The translations under genes and the position numbers were made by a program. The notes under the pieces were generated by a model that was not told the origin of the DNA, did not search any database, and saw nothing but the letters and a program-made list of their open reading frames with translations. Shown here piece after piece: positions 11,150-22,570 of a stretch of DNA of 64,000 bases. Within the stretch, counting starts at the first letter, position 1. Each line of letters opens with the position of its first letter. The stretch is from Torpedo marmorata (lineage: Eukaryota), in the NCBI GenBank assembly GCA_977017645.1, contig OZ360222.1, forward strand, positions 208,196,001-208,260,000. Direction: 5' to 3'.

Positions 11150-12169
11150 TATAGTTATCCCCTCCCCGCCCCCTAGCCGAAACTCCTCTTTTTCTCTCTA
11201 TCTCAGGCTATATATATATTTGTCCATTTTCCTCTTTGTCTTCCCCATTTTATTAAGGGAGGAACGTGTCCCGGTCCACCTTAACTCCAAGCCCCGCCTT
11301 CTGGCCAGGAGCATGCGTAGCAATGATTGGTGGAGGAATAATGGCTGAAATTGATTGCAGACACCAGTATGCAAACTTGTTGCTGGCTTTCCGGGGGATG
11401 AGATCAGGCTGTGTTCCTCTAGCCAGCAGTAGTGATCGAGACAGAGAGAGAGAGGCGGACAGAGAGAGAGAAAGAGAGAGAAAACAGACAGTGCTAACCT
11501 CATACTCAGTTACATGTGTTGGATCAACATTTTTACAAGGGAACGCGAATTGCAACTAGAATATTCCAGTCAGGATTGTTTGCTCCGGGGATTTCAAGTC
11601 AGTGGATGTCCGCAAGTTTGGAACCAGTGTGAGCGGGCAGTGGATACACCGACCGAGCGTCTTCTGTCCGATCTCGTCTCGCCGCCTTCTCTGGACTATC
11701 GCTGGACAACAGAGAGAGAGAAAAAAAAACTCAACCCCCTGTTTTCCCCCGAGTTGAACAGCGCTGGGAGATTTGCATCCCTCCTGCCAAAATCAAGGAC
11801 AGACTGAGAAAGAGAGGAAATTCAGAATAAATAATAAAATCCAAGAATTATTTTTAAAGAAAACAATTGCTGATATGAAGGCTGAAATGACATTATTGAG
11901 AGAGTGGAATCACAATGTGATCCAGCGCAGGGTGAGTTTCTCTGCAAACGTTTCTCATTGTGTTTGAGGCATTTTTAAAATAATCTTTGGACATTGGAAG
12001 AGACCGGAATCTTTATTTCCCCCCTCCCCTCCCATTTACTTTTATGGTTTTATCTTGATTTGGGGTATTTAAAACCCTTTAATTATTGTATTTTTTGCTG
12101 TATTTGAGACTGCGAAGATAGCTCCGGGGGCTCGGCTGTCATGCCCTATTGATCGGGGCTTTGGGAAGT
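11150..12169 (+). promoter_or_regulatory. Putative MN1 promoter and long 5'UTR
   Basis: Transposon-free, CpG-containing sequence directly upstream of the MN1 ATG, with an inverted CCAAT (attgg about 11326), a GC-box-like ccccgccc (about 11164) and GA repeats. The TSS cannot be placed from sequence. Confidence 0.45.
12141..12152 (+). promoter_or_regulatory. Minimal upstream ORF ATG CCC TAT TGA (MPY*)
   Basis: Directly visible. It ends 17 nt before the MN1 ATG at 12170, is out of frame with MN1 and has G at -3. Confidence 0.6.
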
Positions 12170-15100
12170 ATGTTCGGGCTGAATCAATTCAGCAGAAGCG
12201 GTGGCCAAGGAGCGGAGAGAAACTTCGGCCAAGCTACCTTGGGTATGTCGGGGCATTACAAGGGCCCGAGTTTTGCCAGCGGGGGCGGCAGTTCCATGGG
12301 AGAACAGGGTATCAGTGCCCTGAACGAGCCCCCGATATTGGGGATGGGCATGGGCCCGGCTCTAGGTGGTGACCAGTACGCCTTCCACGCCCGGGCTCAC
12401 TCGGAGCTGCACGGAGCCGGGGCCATGTCACAACCGCAGCCGCCGCCTCCTCCCCCTCCTCCACCCCCTCCTCCTCCTCCTCCTCAGACCCAACCTCAGC
12501 CCCAACCCTCGGCAGCGCACGGTTACTTCCCCAACGGGCACCACCACCATCACCCGCATGCCCACCACCATTTCAGCGGCAGCTTCTGCGGATCTGAACC
12601 CGGCCCTTCCTGCCTTCACGGGGGGCGTCTCCTGGGTCCCCACGGCTACAGCAGTGGACAGCAGCCAGCTTTTGGAGAAAGTTATGATCCCATGGCCGAG
12701 AATGCTGGTGGAGGGGGAGGCGAAGCCTTTGCACAACAGCAGCCGGCCCCGGGCAGAGCAAGTAACCTGACGGACTACCGCCAACACCATACCCCTTCAT
12801 CTAATCCCACGCCTTGCCTCCCTCTGGACCAGTCACCCAACCGCGCTGCTTCATTTCATGGACTTCCATCTTCCTCCTCCTCCGAGGCACACGGACTGGA
12901 GCAGCGTCGCCTGCCGACCCAGCCGCCCGTGGACTCGATGGAATACAACTATCAGAGTGACCCTCCCTTTGACATGCCTGTCTTTTCTCCCTCTGAGTCC
13001 AACGCCCAGCTTCCTCATTTCGGCGCCGGAAGGCAGGTGCCCAGCAGCAACTTTCCTGCCAGCCCCGTTATGCCCAGGACCCCGGGCTTGGTGGGCATGG
13101 GTAAAGTCCACCCTCCGCAACAACATGGTGGTGTGTTTTACGAAAGGTTTGGGAATGCTCGAAAGATGTCTGTGGGCATGGAGCCCGGGGTCGCTGCCAG
13201 GAATCCTCTGATGCAGCAACAGGCAGGTTTGCTTGCTCGGCAGAACTCTTGCCCCCCAGCGATACCAAGGCAACAGCAAGCGGAGGCTGGCGCTCCTAAC
13301 TCCAGTGTGCAGGACAATGGGCCGATGATGCAGAATCAGCATGCTCCGTTTGAGTACCCCATCCAAAGGTTAGAGAACAGAAATATGCACCCTTACAGCG
13401 AGGCGATGTTCAACATCCAGCATCAGCCGAATCAGAGGCTACAACATTTCGATGCCCCTTATCTCAACGTAGCGAAGCGGCCCAGGTTTGACTTTGCCAA
13501 CAATCACAACGTGGACAATTGTGCGACTTGGAGTGGTACCAGTTTGCATAACGCCAGTTTGGAAGACCATTTGTCACCATCCGCCTACCCTGGGCTTCCC
13601 AATGAGTTTTCGCCACCTGGTCCGGAAGGGTTCCCTCACGGTCCCCCTCTGCAACACCCGGGGACCGATCAGCAGTCCTTGCAGCAGCGCCAGAACATGC
13701 TGATGATGTTTAAGCAAATGGTGTCGCGGAACCAGCGGCACCGAATGAGGCAATCGGATCTCCAGCAGTTGGGCCACCATGGTGATGTCAATCAAAACAG
13801 CATGGCGCACAATAACCAAGTGGGTACCATGTCCCAGCCGAACTTTGAGCGGGAAAGCGGCGGCAGGATGTCGAATTTCGATCACCAGAACCCACCCATG
13901 GCTCAGGAAAACTCGTGGTTTGCAGGTCCTCACCCGCCCGGAGATATGCTTCAGAGAAGGATCGGCGGGTCTGGCGTGGCATCTGAGGGGAGCCCCCACG
14001 AATCTGTCCAGATGAACTTGCAGCAGAATGGGTCAAACATGCTGTTCAGGACAGGTGGGAATGGACTGGCTATGCAGGAGCCAATGAGAATGCCAGGCGA
14101 GGGACATGTACAGGGTTTGCACTCTCCTGGGATGCACTCACAGTTTGGCAGTAATATGGGAAATGTCTCCCAAATGCAGTCTCCAAGTGCCAGCATCGGG
14201 CTCTCGAACACCTCAAGCGACAGAAGAGCCGGCCCCGATTTTCCTGGTCCCCAGATTGGCGGACAACCGGGCTTTCCCTTTGGGGGACCGAGCCGGTCGG
14301 CCAACCCCCACAATAACCCTGCTGGAGTCCCTCCATCTCCCGGCAGTTACCCGGCCCAGTCCGAATTTCAGCCCAATCAACGCCCCTCTATGAGCAAGAT
14401 CGGTTCTCTGTCCTTGGGCTCCTTCAGTAAGCCTGGTGCCAAGGACAACACCATCTACGGTCAAAGCTGCCTTGCCGCCCTCTCCACGGCTTGTCAGAAC
14501 ATGATCGCCAGTTTGGGAGCCCCGAACCTCAATGTCACGTTCAACAAGAAGAACCAGAACGAAGGGAAACGCAAACTGAGTCAGACCGAGCAGGACGGTG
14601 GGAGCGGCGGCCCGACCAATGGCGGTGGGACTGTCGGTGGCACCGCCACCGGAAACAGTGGCAACGGGCCGGAATACTTCCAGAGCAACACTCCTCAAAA
14701 CAGCCAGATGGGGGTATCTGGCAACGGGAGCGGGAAGCTTGCTGCGCCCGCGCCCCAAAACTGTATCCAGGGCCAGAACCAGCCGACACAGGTGGAATGC
14801 AACCTCTCCCCAAACTATGGGCTGGAGTCCGTTCCAACTGAAGGCAAAGGACAGACGGGGAGAGGGAGAGGGAGGAGGAAAAGAGACAGTGGCCACGTTA
14901 GCCCGGGGAATTTCTTTGACAAGTATTCAGCTGAGAACGTCAACCCGGTGGTCAGTCCCGGGTCCCAGGGTCAGTCGACACACGCTGGAGATCGAGGTGG
15001 GATCACGCAGGACAAGTCCCTCACCTCTCCATCCTGGGCGAAAGGGAATGACCTGCTCCTCCCAGACCAACCCGACCTCATGTCCTCCCTCGACAGTGGG

Positions 15101-15755
15101 ATCCAAAGCGTGACAAAGTCCGACGGCAGTTCTCCACAGGTCGACTTCCCCGACGATGTCACCAACAATTACGGGAACGAGGACGAGGTGTCGTCGAGTT
15201 CCGACAACAACATATCCAAATCCACGCGGTTAATGACCAGTTCCCCAAAATTGCAGCGCGTGGACCACGGTCTGAAACAGATGGGTCACGCCATGCTCAA
15301 CGCACACCCCAACAGCAACACTACCTCCAACGCAGGGCCTGTCACTGACAGCTTTGGGCTTAGCAGCAGCGGGAGTGGGCATCCCGGCACCCCGGGCATG
15401 GAGCAGGTCCGAACTCCAACCAGCACGTCAACGCAGGACGAGATTCACCCGCTGGAAATCCTGCAAGCACAGATTCAGCTTCAGCGGCAACAGTTCAGCA
15501 TATCCGAAGACCAGCCTCTCGCCATGAAGAACAAAAAAACTGAGTGCCCCGGTCAGAATGGGGACACAGAACTGGCCGCTTGTGGCACGGACAATAGCAA
15601 AGCTGCCATCAGCACAATAGACATTGAGTCACTGATGGCGGAGCATAACTCTACCTGGTACATGCCCAGCGACAAGGCCATGATGGATCCACAGGATGAG
15701 GACAAGCAAATGGCACCGTGGGAAAAGGCCAAAACTGCAAGTACCAACAAAGAAG
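12170..15755 (+). CDS. MN1: MN1 transcriptional co-activator (meningioma 1), coding exon 1
   Basis: Starts MFGLNQF. Contains MN1 hallmark motifs [119 protein letters not shown] and APWEKAK. Ends at donor AAG|GTAACT (GT 15756-15757), phase 1. Confidence 0.96.
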
Positions 15756-18700
15756 GTAACTTCTTAATTTCTGTTTTACACTGATCCATAATCCACCTTC
15801 CAGTCGCCAAGTCGTCGGTTTGATCAGAGCTTTTGAAGTTTGAAAGCTGTCCATTTCCCAGTGCAGTTGAGGATAAGAAAGCTTTGAGGGAGTCACTGCG
15901 GCTTGTACTCTCCTGGGGTAGGCGGTTAGTTCTGTCAGGTAAACAGGCGTTGGAGAGAGGAAGGACAGTTTATGGTGTAAGGGCAATTTATGGTGTAAGG
16001 GAAGTGCGATCACGCTTTAAATTTAGAGGACAATGCTCGTTCTCGCAGTGAGCAAACGTTTTCTTTAATGAATTGACAATTGACTAGCGGATTAGGTTTC
16101 GGAAGGTTCTCCTACTTTCATGGGCAGCAGTGAAAAATTCATTGCAGTTTCTTACAAACAAAACCATCTCAATTCCTGGAGGGCCGGGGAAGTATACTTC
16201 ATCTATGATTAATGTTTACTTATTGTGTGTGAAATGAAATTGGGTCTTTTAATACAGCTTCTAAACACTGAGGTTGTACTTCAGCAGGCCTCCCGGGCTT
16301 GTGTAACCCCAAAGTGGGTGGTTAAACCTTCCGCCTGCAACATTGGTTAAATTAACCCTTTAATTACCGCCCTAAGGGTTGTCGCGTTTATCAGGGGCGA
16401 GAGAAGAACGCTGGGCTGCCCCAGGTTGGACTTAACAATAGTCTGAGCGATACTCATACACACACCAACAGGTTTACTTCAAATATATTGATTAGAAGTT
16501 TTGTTTTGTAGTGTTATGTACGCGACTGGTACGAGAGGGGCGAGGGGTACCTAGACTCAGCGGAGTGCACCGGATAACAAGGTTATCGTCAGACAAAAAT
16601 CCTTTGCTCATTTAGGTTCAAGACACTCAGTTGTAGAATAGTCTTACCCAAGAGTTGTTGACGCTAGGACTATTATTCCGTTCTATACCATCATCGTTTT
16701 GTTAGTATCGGTTTTATAATTCAATACATTTTTCAAGAGCTATATTGTAAAACAAAGCTGCATTGGTTTATTCCGCTTTTGTTCTTTCTCAAGAATAATT
16801 AATTTGCCTCGGTTTAAAGCTGACTTCCTCCGGCTTGCGGGCGAAACTACACAACAGGTCCTTGCAGCTCTGTGTTGCTCTTGCTTGACTGCCAGCTCAC
16901 ATATGTGGTTTGCCTGCCCGGCTCCTGACACAGACACATATCGCACTGATAAGGTTTCTTGCACAGATTTAGGAATTGGTTGGGAGAGGAGGGTGAGGAT
17001 GGTGGGGGTGGAGGAGTGGGAGGGTAGATATGAGCCCAAGAAGTTGGCACTGGAATCATGCGATCGCCACTGTCTCTCCTGTTGTGAAAGTGTAAAGGTG
17101 GCCCTCCTGGTAGTTCCTTTGTTCTATTTAATACTCAGCACAGGAGGGTTGTGATCTAAGGCGGGCTTGTTTAACATGCAAGGGCTGTGAAGGGGAGACG
17201 CACATCAGCATTCTCAGAGCTTCGCGCCTGCAAGCATATAAATTGGTTTGTTGAGAATCTTCTTTCCATCTTTAAATGTAGTTGCACGCAGTCCTTCCTG
17301 TCCTTTCGTGTTCACAGCAGTTAAGGCCAACAGGATCAATAACTAGTTAGCAGAATTCCTGTACAGAGCTGCATTTTGGGTTTGGCTGAGGAATGAGTTT
17401 GAAATAAACCTGCATCATGTGGACTGATTGACCTGTAACAATCTCTATTGATGAACTGCTTTGTTTGCGTGGTTCCTGCGGTTTTACACCCCCACCCCCA
17501 ACAAACCCTTGCCCAAAAAGACCTACACAAATTCAGAATTACACCTACATCCAGAATAATCTTGTCTCAAATTTACAGATGTACAATTCAATTACTTATG
17601 TATTTGCACATTGCAGTCACAAGAGTCCTTTCTGTTGGGACTAATAATATCTGAAGACATTCTGCTCCAACTCTCTCGTTTAAATTTTCATGTTAATACA
17701 CACAGTCGGTCATATAGGTACACAGAGCTATAGATATCCTTACACACTCAATTAGAAATATTAACCCAGCTACACTCTTAATCTAAGTGGTCAAACACTC
17801 ACACTTCCAATGCATAAATACAGACGGTTGGAGCTGCATCAATTTACACTCAGGTTCACTCACACGCAGCTATTTACATTAAACACTATTTCAGCTACAC
17901 ACACTCACCCCAACCCCTGCATTTGTGTTCTGTGCTGCTCTTGTATCCTCCTTGATTTTTCCGACCTTCCTATCAAGGATACAGAACATCTTAAATGTTT
18001 TGTTAACTAGCCGGACATATTTTGTAAATGATAGATAATAGTCCATTGGTTAATCAGACCCACCATGAAAATATCATGATTGTGAGAGCCCACTCTCCTG
18101 CTTGGGAAAGTTATGTTAATTTTTCTGAATGGAATATTTTTAGATTTTAGTTTAATTGGAAGAAGGTTCATGGAAAAGTGTAACATAAAAGTTGATTTCG
18201 GTGTAACCAAGGGATGGAAGTGGTGTTTTTGTTATTGTCCTTTCAGCTTAATTCCAATTGACCTGGGGTTGTAGGATGTTAGTACTTCTGAATGGCGCTT
18301 TCTCAAAGAGTAACATTGCCAGAAACGCGGCGTAAGGTTGCAATCAAAATCCAAACCAGCCCACATGTAAAACTTTACTCGTTCTCTGCAACTAGGAAAC
18401 TGAATAATTTCTTAGAAAAAAGTCACAATCATTTCTTGTAAAAAAAAATCACAATTTATTCTCGCTCTCTATCGAAATTCACACATAAATAAACAAGCGC
18501 ATTCCCTAATAATTTAGAACCAGTCATAACTCAGCTGGCTTTACTAGTGGGCGCCTTCTCATAGCCGCACCTGTTTGCGATACAATTGTCCAGCTCGCTC
18601 GTTAGCACTTCCTCCTTTCCAACTTCTTGCAATATTAAAATGCTTTCAAGTTGAAAGTGTTGAGACTATTCAGTATTTATTCATCGGAGGGCAGAGTCGT

Positions 18701-21700
18701 TGTTTAGGTGGAAGATTTTGGTTTGGTCGAACGGTCAGCATTCCGCATACTCAGAAATAGAATTTGGATTCATTAGAGTTGCTTCTGTCTGGATTCTCGC
18801 GTTGTGCTGATGAGGAGTTGTGCTGTGTCTGGAATCTGTACTCTGTGCAATCGGAATGAATGGCCTTACCCGCTGTGACCCGTGCTGAGATGGACTCTGT
18901 TTATCTGCGGTAACTATAATTTCGGCACTGTCACCTTTCCTACAGTTTACTCAATCAATCCGCCGCTAGATGATATAACCACAGTTTGGTAGGTACTAGA
19001 AAATTAATAAATGACATTCGGCAACTTGGATTCACATAGCGCCTTTAACGCGGCCAGCCCTGCCAGGTGTTAACAGCAGTTTACTCGTTGTTAGCCACGG
19101 TATTTGATTTTACTTATTTGAAAATTTAGAGCACATTGTTACGTGCTGCAGTTTACCTGTGGGTGATATTAAGAATGCATAGTTGTGTGATTTAATTTTC
19201 AGTGTGTGACATTCCTGGTTAGAGATTCAGAATACTCTGTAAAAGCACAACTGACTGGGATAGTTGTACTGACGTATGAATCAATGTTAGTGTTATTCAG
19301 TATGATGTTGCAGGTGTGATATCTGAATATATTCTTAATGTGTTATAGGTTAGTAAAAGTAGGGTACCGCTCACCGCAGAATGTCTAATGTAACATTCCG
19401 CACAGTTGGATTTTATTTCAGGCAATGGAGTGATGGGAAACACATCTGTTTTTCTGGAACTGAAAACATTCCTGGGGTCCTCCGAGGGGTAACCCTTTCA
19501 ATACTACCAGACTTTAACCTTAAAAGCTGTTTCAGAGCTAGACAGTGTCTGGGGAATGGGCTGCTGGCTAAGCCGTGGTAATGGAGGAGAATGGAAACAA
19601 CTGAGAACAGTGAGGGGTAAGGAAGAGATACACTGAGAAAGGAATTTTGTTCGTGCAAAGCCTTTAATTATTAAATTAGACCGCGGGTGGTTTAGATTTT
19701 GAGACCATCCTTTGTTGGATTGGCAGATTCCAATAGCGAATGTGTTTTAAATATTTCACGGGGGTGGGTGGTAAGTGTTGGGGGTCGGGGAATGGGGAAG
19801 GCGTTCAAAATTTAATAGGAATTCTTCCAGCAACACTGACACTCAACTTGTTAACCAAGCTGAGATTTTAAAACCTGAGCATTCTCCACAGAGGCTGCAG
19901 TAATCTCGGTTAAACTTTTTTTCCCTTTGTCCAATGGAACGGATCGACTATCAGATATCACGATTACTGATTAAAGCATGACTAATCTCATGGTTATTCT
20001 AAGACTTGTGAATTCACTTAGATGTTTCGATGTGACTATTCCTCCATTCTGTAGGTGTAAATAATATAATATTTTTCCCCTGGTGATTAAATGAAATGTT
20101 TGTGTTCTCCGCTATATTTTTCTTGGGAATATTATGCTGCGGTGAGCGTTGTGTCTTTTAAATCAACTTTACCCATAGTTTAAAAATCCGAGGAAACATC
20201 GCAATACCTGCGATGATCTTGTTAGGTCAAGACTAAATCTCGAGTTATTTAGGTGAAAATTTACTGTGTGTGTAAAAAAAAAAGACAACAGTACATCGCG
20301 AGTATGCGAACTGCGCTTCAGTTGGTGTGGGCGCTGGGCTCCCGCAGGGGGGCAATTCTGGAACTGCAGTGGATTGTTTGTCCCCTACCGCTGTTCACAG
20401 TAGCCGAGAGAGAAGTCGCCTTCTTCGAGTCCGCTGTGGATTCAGGCTTGCTTCTGTCAGGAGGCCCGCCTATTCATTCACCCGAAACATAAGCGGTAGC
20501 CGCTGATTCTGAATAGTGCAATATTTTTGGGTGTATTTTGAACGTAAACTATCTTAACCTCCTCTATCTCAATACGTAATATATATAATCTATACATCTG
20601 ACTCTGTGTGTGTGAGAGAGAGAGACGGACCCTTCTCTCTCTCACACACACACACACACTTATCCCATTCCTTAATTTACACAAATTCATTATCCCACTC
20701 GGTACTCTCCCCTTTTCTCGCAGAATTCTGCAATTCGCCTACACACAAAGCTTTCTTTTATGTATATGCATTTCACGGTGATAATTTGAACACTGTAGAC
20801 AGGAATTGTGTCAGGCTAGCAAAGTTGTCCGTTTCTGCATGGAAGCTGAAATGAAGAAAAATTGAAAGTATTATTCCCTTTCATTCTCTTAGCTGGATAA
20901 CTAGTCATTGCATGCAATCTCCTATGAATTTATATCCATTTATCCCATTAGCTGTGTACTATAACTTGCTCCAATTTCTAAATAAGAGCGATTACAGTCA
21001 GCTCAAACTTCAATGCAATTAAACAATGCACACTTCCAACATTTGAGAATACTGGACTCTGTTTGAGGGGAGACTACATTCATGATACAAACAGGTTGTT
21101 ACTGAGAGACAGGGATGAAATCTGTAAAGCTCACTCCATACAAAAATAATCATTAAATAGAGAAGGGAATAAGTGCCTGTTCAGCTTTATATTAACAACC
21201 TATTCATCTATTGAACGGCTGCTGCAGAAGAGATCCCAGGAAACAGTCTGTGGGGATATTTGATTTTCTGTACAATAAGGGACTATTCATCTACTGAAAT
21301 TGTTTCCAGCCACTCTGGGCTTGATACAGGTTTTGCTGATCATTTGTGTCAGTGTGTCTGACTTTCTGTTAGGTTTTCTAATTAATTTGGTTTATACCGA
21401 CAGTCGTTTTTTAAAAAACAAAAATGCAGAGCTCATGTAATTAAATTCCGTCAATTTTGATCTATTGATGCTGAAAATGACTCTTAAAGGCTTTGCTATT
21501 TACATTATTTGTTTACTTCTAGCAGAATGGGATCATGAATGTCATTTACTGAAAAAAAAACAAATATATACTGCGATCTGTCTGGTGTAAAATGTATGAG
21601 GTGCTGTGTTGGTGAATTGATTCTTTCAGCTCTTGGTTGATCTCCTCATTTAGTCTTCCCTGTGTTGTAATCTGGATATTACATTAGAAAGTTCATACCT

Positions 21701-22424
21701 ACCTTCAGATTGAAATTTTTACCGTACAAATTTGCACTTTGTTTGAATTTCTAAGTATTTAAAGCAAGATGCTACTATCAGAAAATGTGCCAATTCATTT
21801 AATTGATTATAAATGTAAGCAGTTTGGCATTAAAACTGTGAAAAGATCAGCATCCAATAAACTGTTCATAGATCAGAGTGAATTTTTTCACCAAGTAATT
21901 AAATCTTGAAAGGATAAAGAAATGCTAATGTTGTTCACAAAATGCTGTAACTAGGAGTTTCACTTGGTTGCATTCATACACAGAAGTGATAATACAGTGC
22001 TCACCATGTTGTTAATAGTTATGTTTTTGCATTATAACTATTTTGTCTGGAATCTAAATATAATCAAAAATCCAGCTCAAGGTGGTTTCTGTTCCTGCCA
22101 GTCAGATGCACACCCTGTTGAGGCATGGGAGGGAATATATTTGAAAAAAAGGAAGAATCATTTGGTAGAAGGAAATAGGCTTATTTTTCGTTATATTATC
22201 AACACACTTCCACACTGTTTGTGTCTTGTTTACTTTCTTGTTTACCTCCACACTGTTCAATACTTTCCTTGATTATTTTTTGGAACAGAATGGTCCATTT
22301 TTGAAAGTTATTTAATGAATCTCCATCACTCTGTTCCATCTCCATGCCAATGTAACTGTTTCTTTTTCAAGTATTCATCCAACTCCCCTTTGAAAGTGAA
22401 TATTGAATCTGCTTCCACTGACCC

Positions 22425-22570
22425 TCGGTCATTCGGGCGCCTGTCCACATTTTGCTCATACCTTGATGAAGGGCTCAAACCCAAAATGTCGGTTATGTAT
22501 TTTTATCTTTGCTATATAAAGTACACTGTTTGACCTGCTGTGTTTCTCCAGCATTGTGATTTTACTTAAA
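22425..22570 (+). mobile_element. Isolated Penelope-type 3' terminus (degenerate HHR motif) in MN1 intron
   Basis: ctcataccttgatgaagggctcaaacccaaaatgtcggttatgtat...gacctgctgtgtttctccagc matches the tails at 48851, 51845 and 55500. Confidence 0.75.

Noticed and set aside
12149-15784. ORF-track 1211-aa single-exon protein starting at TTG 12149
   Set aside because: The homologous start is ATG 12170 (MFGL...), and the last residues are intron read-through past the GT donor at 15756. The true C-terminus is exon 2.
12366-15810. Many overlapping alternative-frame and antisense ORFs (66-227 aa) within MN1 exon 1
   Set aside because: Expected shadows of a GC-rich coding exon, with no recognisable domains.
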